A stretch of 64,000 bases of DNA from Isurus oxyrinchus. Lineage: Eukaryota. Under the pieces are notes generated by a model. That model worked only from the letters and a program-made list of their open reading frames with translations. It did not search any database and was not told the DNA's origin. Of the stretch, positions 63,091 through 64,000 are shown one piece after another (the first letter of the stretch is position 1; every line of letters starts with the position of its first letter). A program made the position numbers and the translations under genes. The stretch lies in assembly GCA_026770705.1 (NCBI GenBank), contig JANJGN010000001.1, positions 21,328,001-21,392,000 on the forward strand. The letters are read 5' to 3'.

Positions 63091-64000
63091 AAAGGGAGAA
63101 GAGTGGGTCTAAGACTAGCATTTTAAAATTAAATAAGGGCAATTATGTGGGCATGAAAGCTGAGCTAGCTGAAATGAGCTGTGACACCAGGCTACGGGAT
63201 AGATCAATAGAGAAGCTGTGGCAGACATTTACGGGGATATTTCAGAATACTCAGAATAAGTATTTAAAGAAAAATTCTAAAGGTTGACAAGTCTCTGGCT
63301 CCAGGTGGATTTCATCCTAGGGTCCTAAAAGAGGTGGCTAATGAGGTAGTAGATGCACTGGTTTTAATTTTCCAAAATTCACTAGATTCACTAGCTTGAT
63401 CTGCCATGGGGAAGGTGTTAGAGTCGATCATTAAAGAGGTTATAGCTGGGCACTTGGAAAAGCTCAAGGTAATCGGGAAGAATCATCATGGTTTTATGCA
63501 GGGGAAGTCAAGTTTAACCAATTTATTAGAGTTCTTTGAAGGAGTAACTTGTGCAGTACATGGAGGGGAGCCTGTAGACATGCTGTACTTGGATTTCCAG
63601 AAAGCATTTGATAAGGTGCCACATCAAAGGTATTGGGGAAAATAAAAGCTCATAGTGTAGGGGGTAACATATTAGCATGGATAGAAGATTGGCTGGCTGG
63701 CACAAAACAGAGAGCATGCATAAATGGGTCTTCATCTGATTTGCAGGATGTGACGAGTGGAGTTCGTTGAGCTGGGGCCTCAACCTTTTACAATTCACAT
63801 CAATGGCTAGGATTTTCCAGCCCCGTCGTGGGCAGGACCCGCCGTGGGCGATGCGGTGCCCCAGCCAGAAGTCCATTGACTTGCGGCGGGACTGGAAGAT
63901 AGCGGCGGCAGGCGGGTGTGGAAAATCCCATTGTATGACTTAGATGAGGGGAGCGAAGGCATGGTAGCTAAATTTGCAGATGGCAGAAAGATAGGTTGGG
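63090..64000 (+). mobile_element. CR1 ORF2 fragment running off the window end
   Basis: HHGFMQGKSSLTNLLEFFEGVT..YLDFQKAFDKVPH. Confidence 0.92.
63805..63934. mobile_element. About 130-bp MITE inserted in CR1
   Basis: TIR cores ggattttcc / ggaaaatcc; CpG-rich; splits CR1 atcaat|gacttagatg. Confidence 0.78.

Noticed and set aside
46229-64000. ccdc149 exon 3 (expected DGDPSLPPEKRKQ-like)
   Set aside because: Not found by eye. The gatggagag|gtaaga site near 58850 does not encode it; the exon probably lies beyond the window, though a 39-nt exon could be missed.

Overview
Vertebrate nuclear DNA, very probably a cartilaginous fish (shark), judged from its repeat families: CR1, an L2/CR1-group LINE, L2, RTE, Penelope, Deu-core and tRNA SINEs, Harbinger and hAT elements. 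Most of the window is decayed, often nested transposon sequence, so nearly all ORFs in the track are TE fragments or noise. One recognisable gene is present: the 5' part of ccdc149 on +, with coding exon 1 at 27103-27150 and exon 2 at 46067-46228; later exons were not seen. There are also two candidate alternative 5' exons that splice in frame into exon 2. Pointing the other way from the same CpG-rich region, I could assemble by eye a 4-coding-exon minus-strand gene with GT-AG sites, matching phases, a stop and AATAAA. It encodes a 118-aa protein I do not recognise and is the main candidate novelty. Other observations are Penelope hammerhead-ribozyme-like motifs with a recurrent variant core, a Penelope palindrome beside an inverted host duplication, a LINE and SINE sharing both head and tail, a TSD-flanked tRNA SINE with an internal tandem duplication, and an unclassified CpG-rich insert with a 45-bp CCAAT-bearing minisatellite. 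All calls were made by eye, no searches were run, and TE boundaries are approximate.
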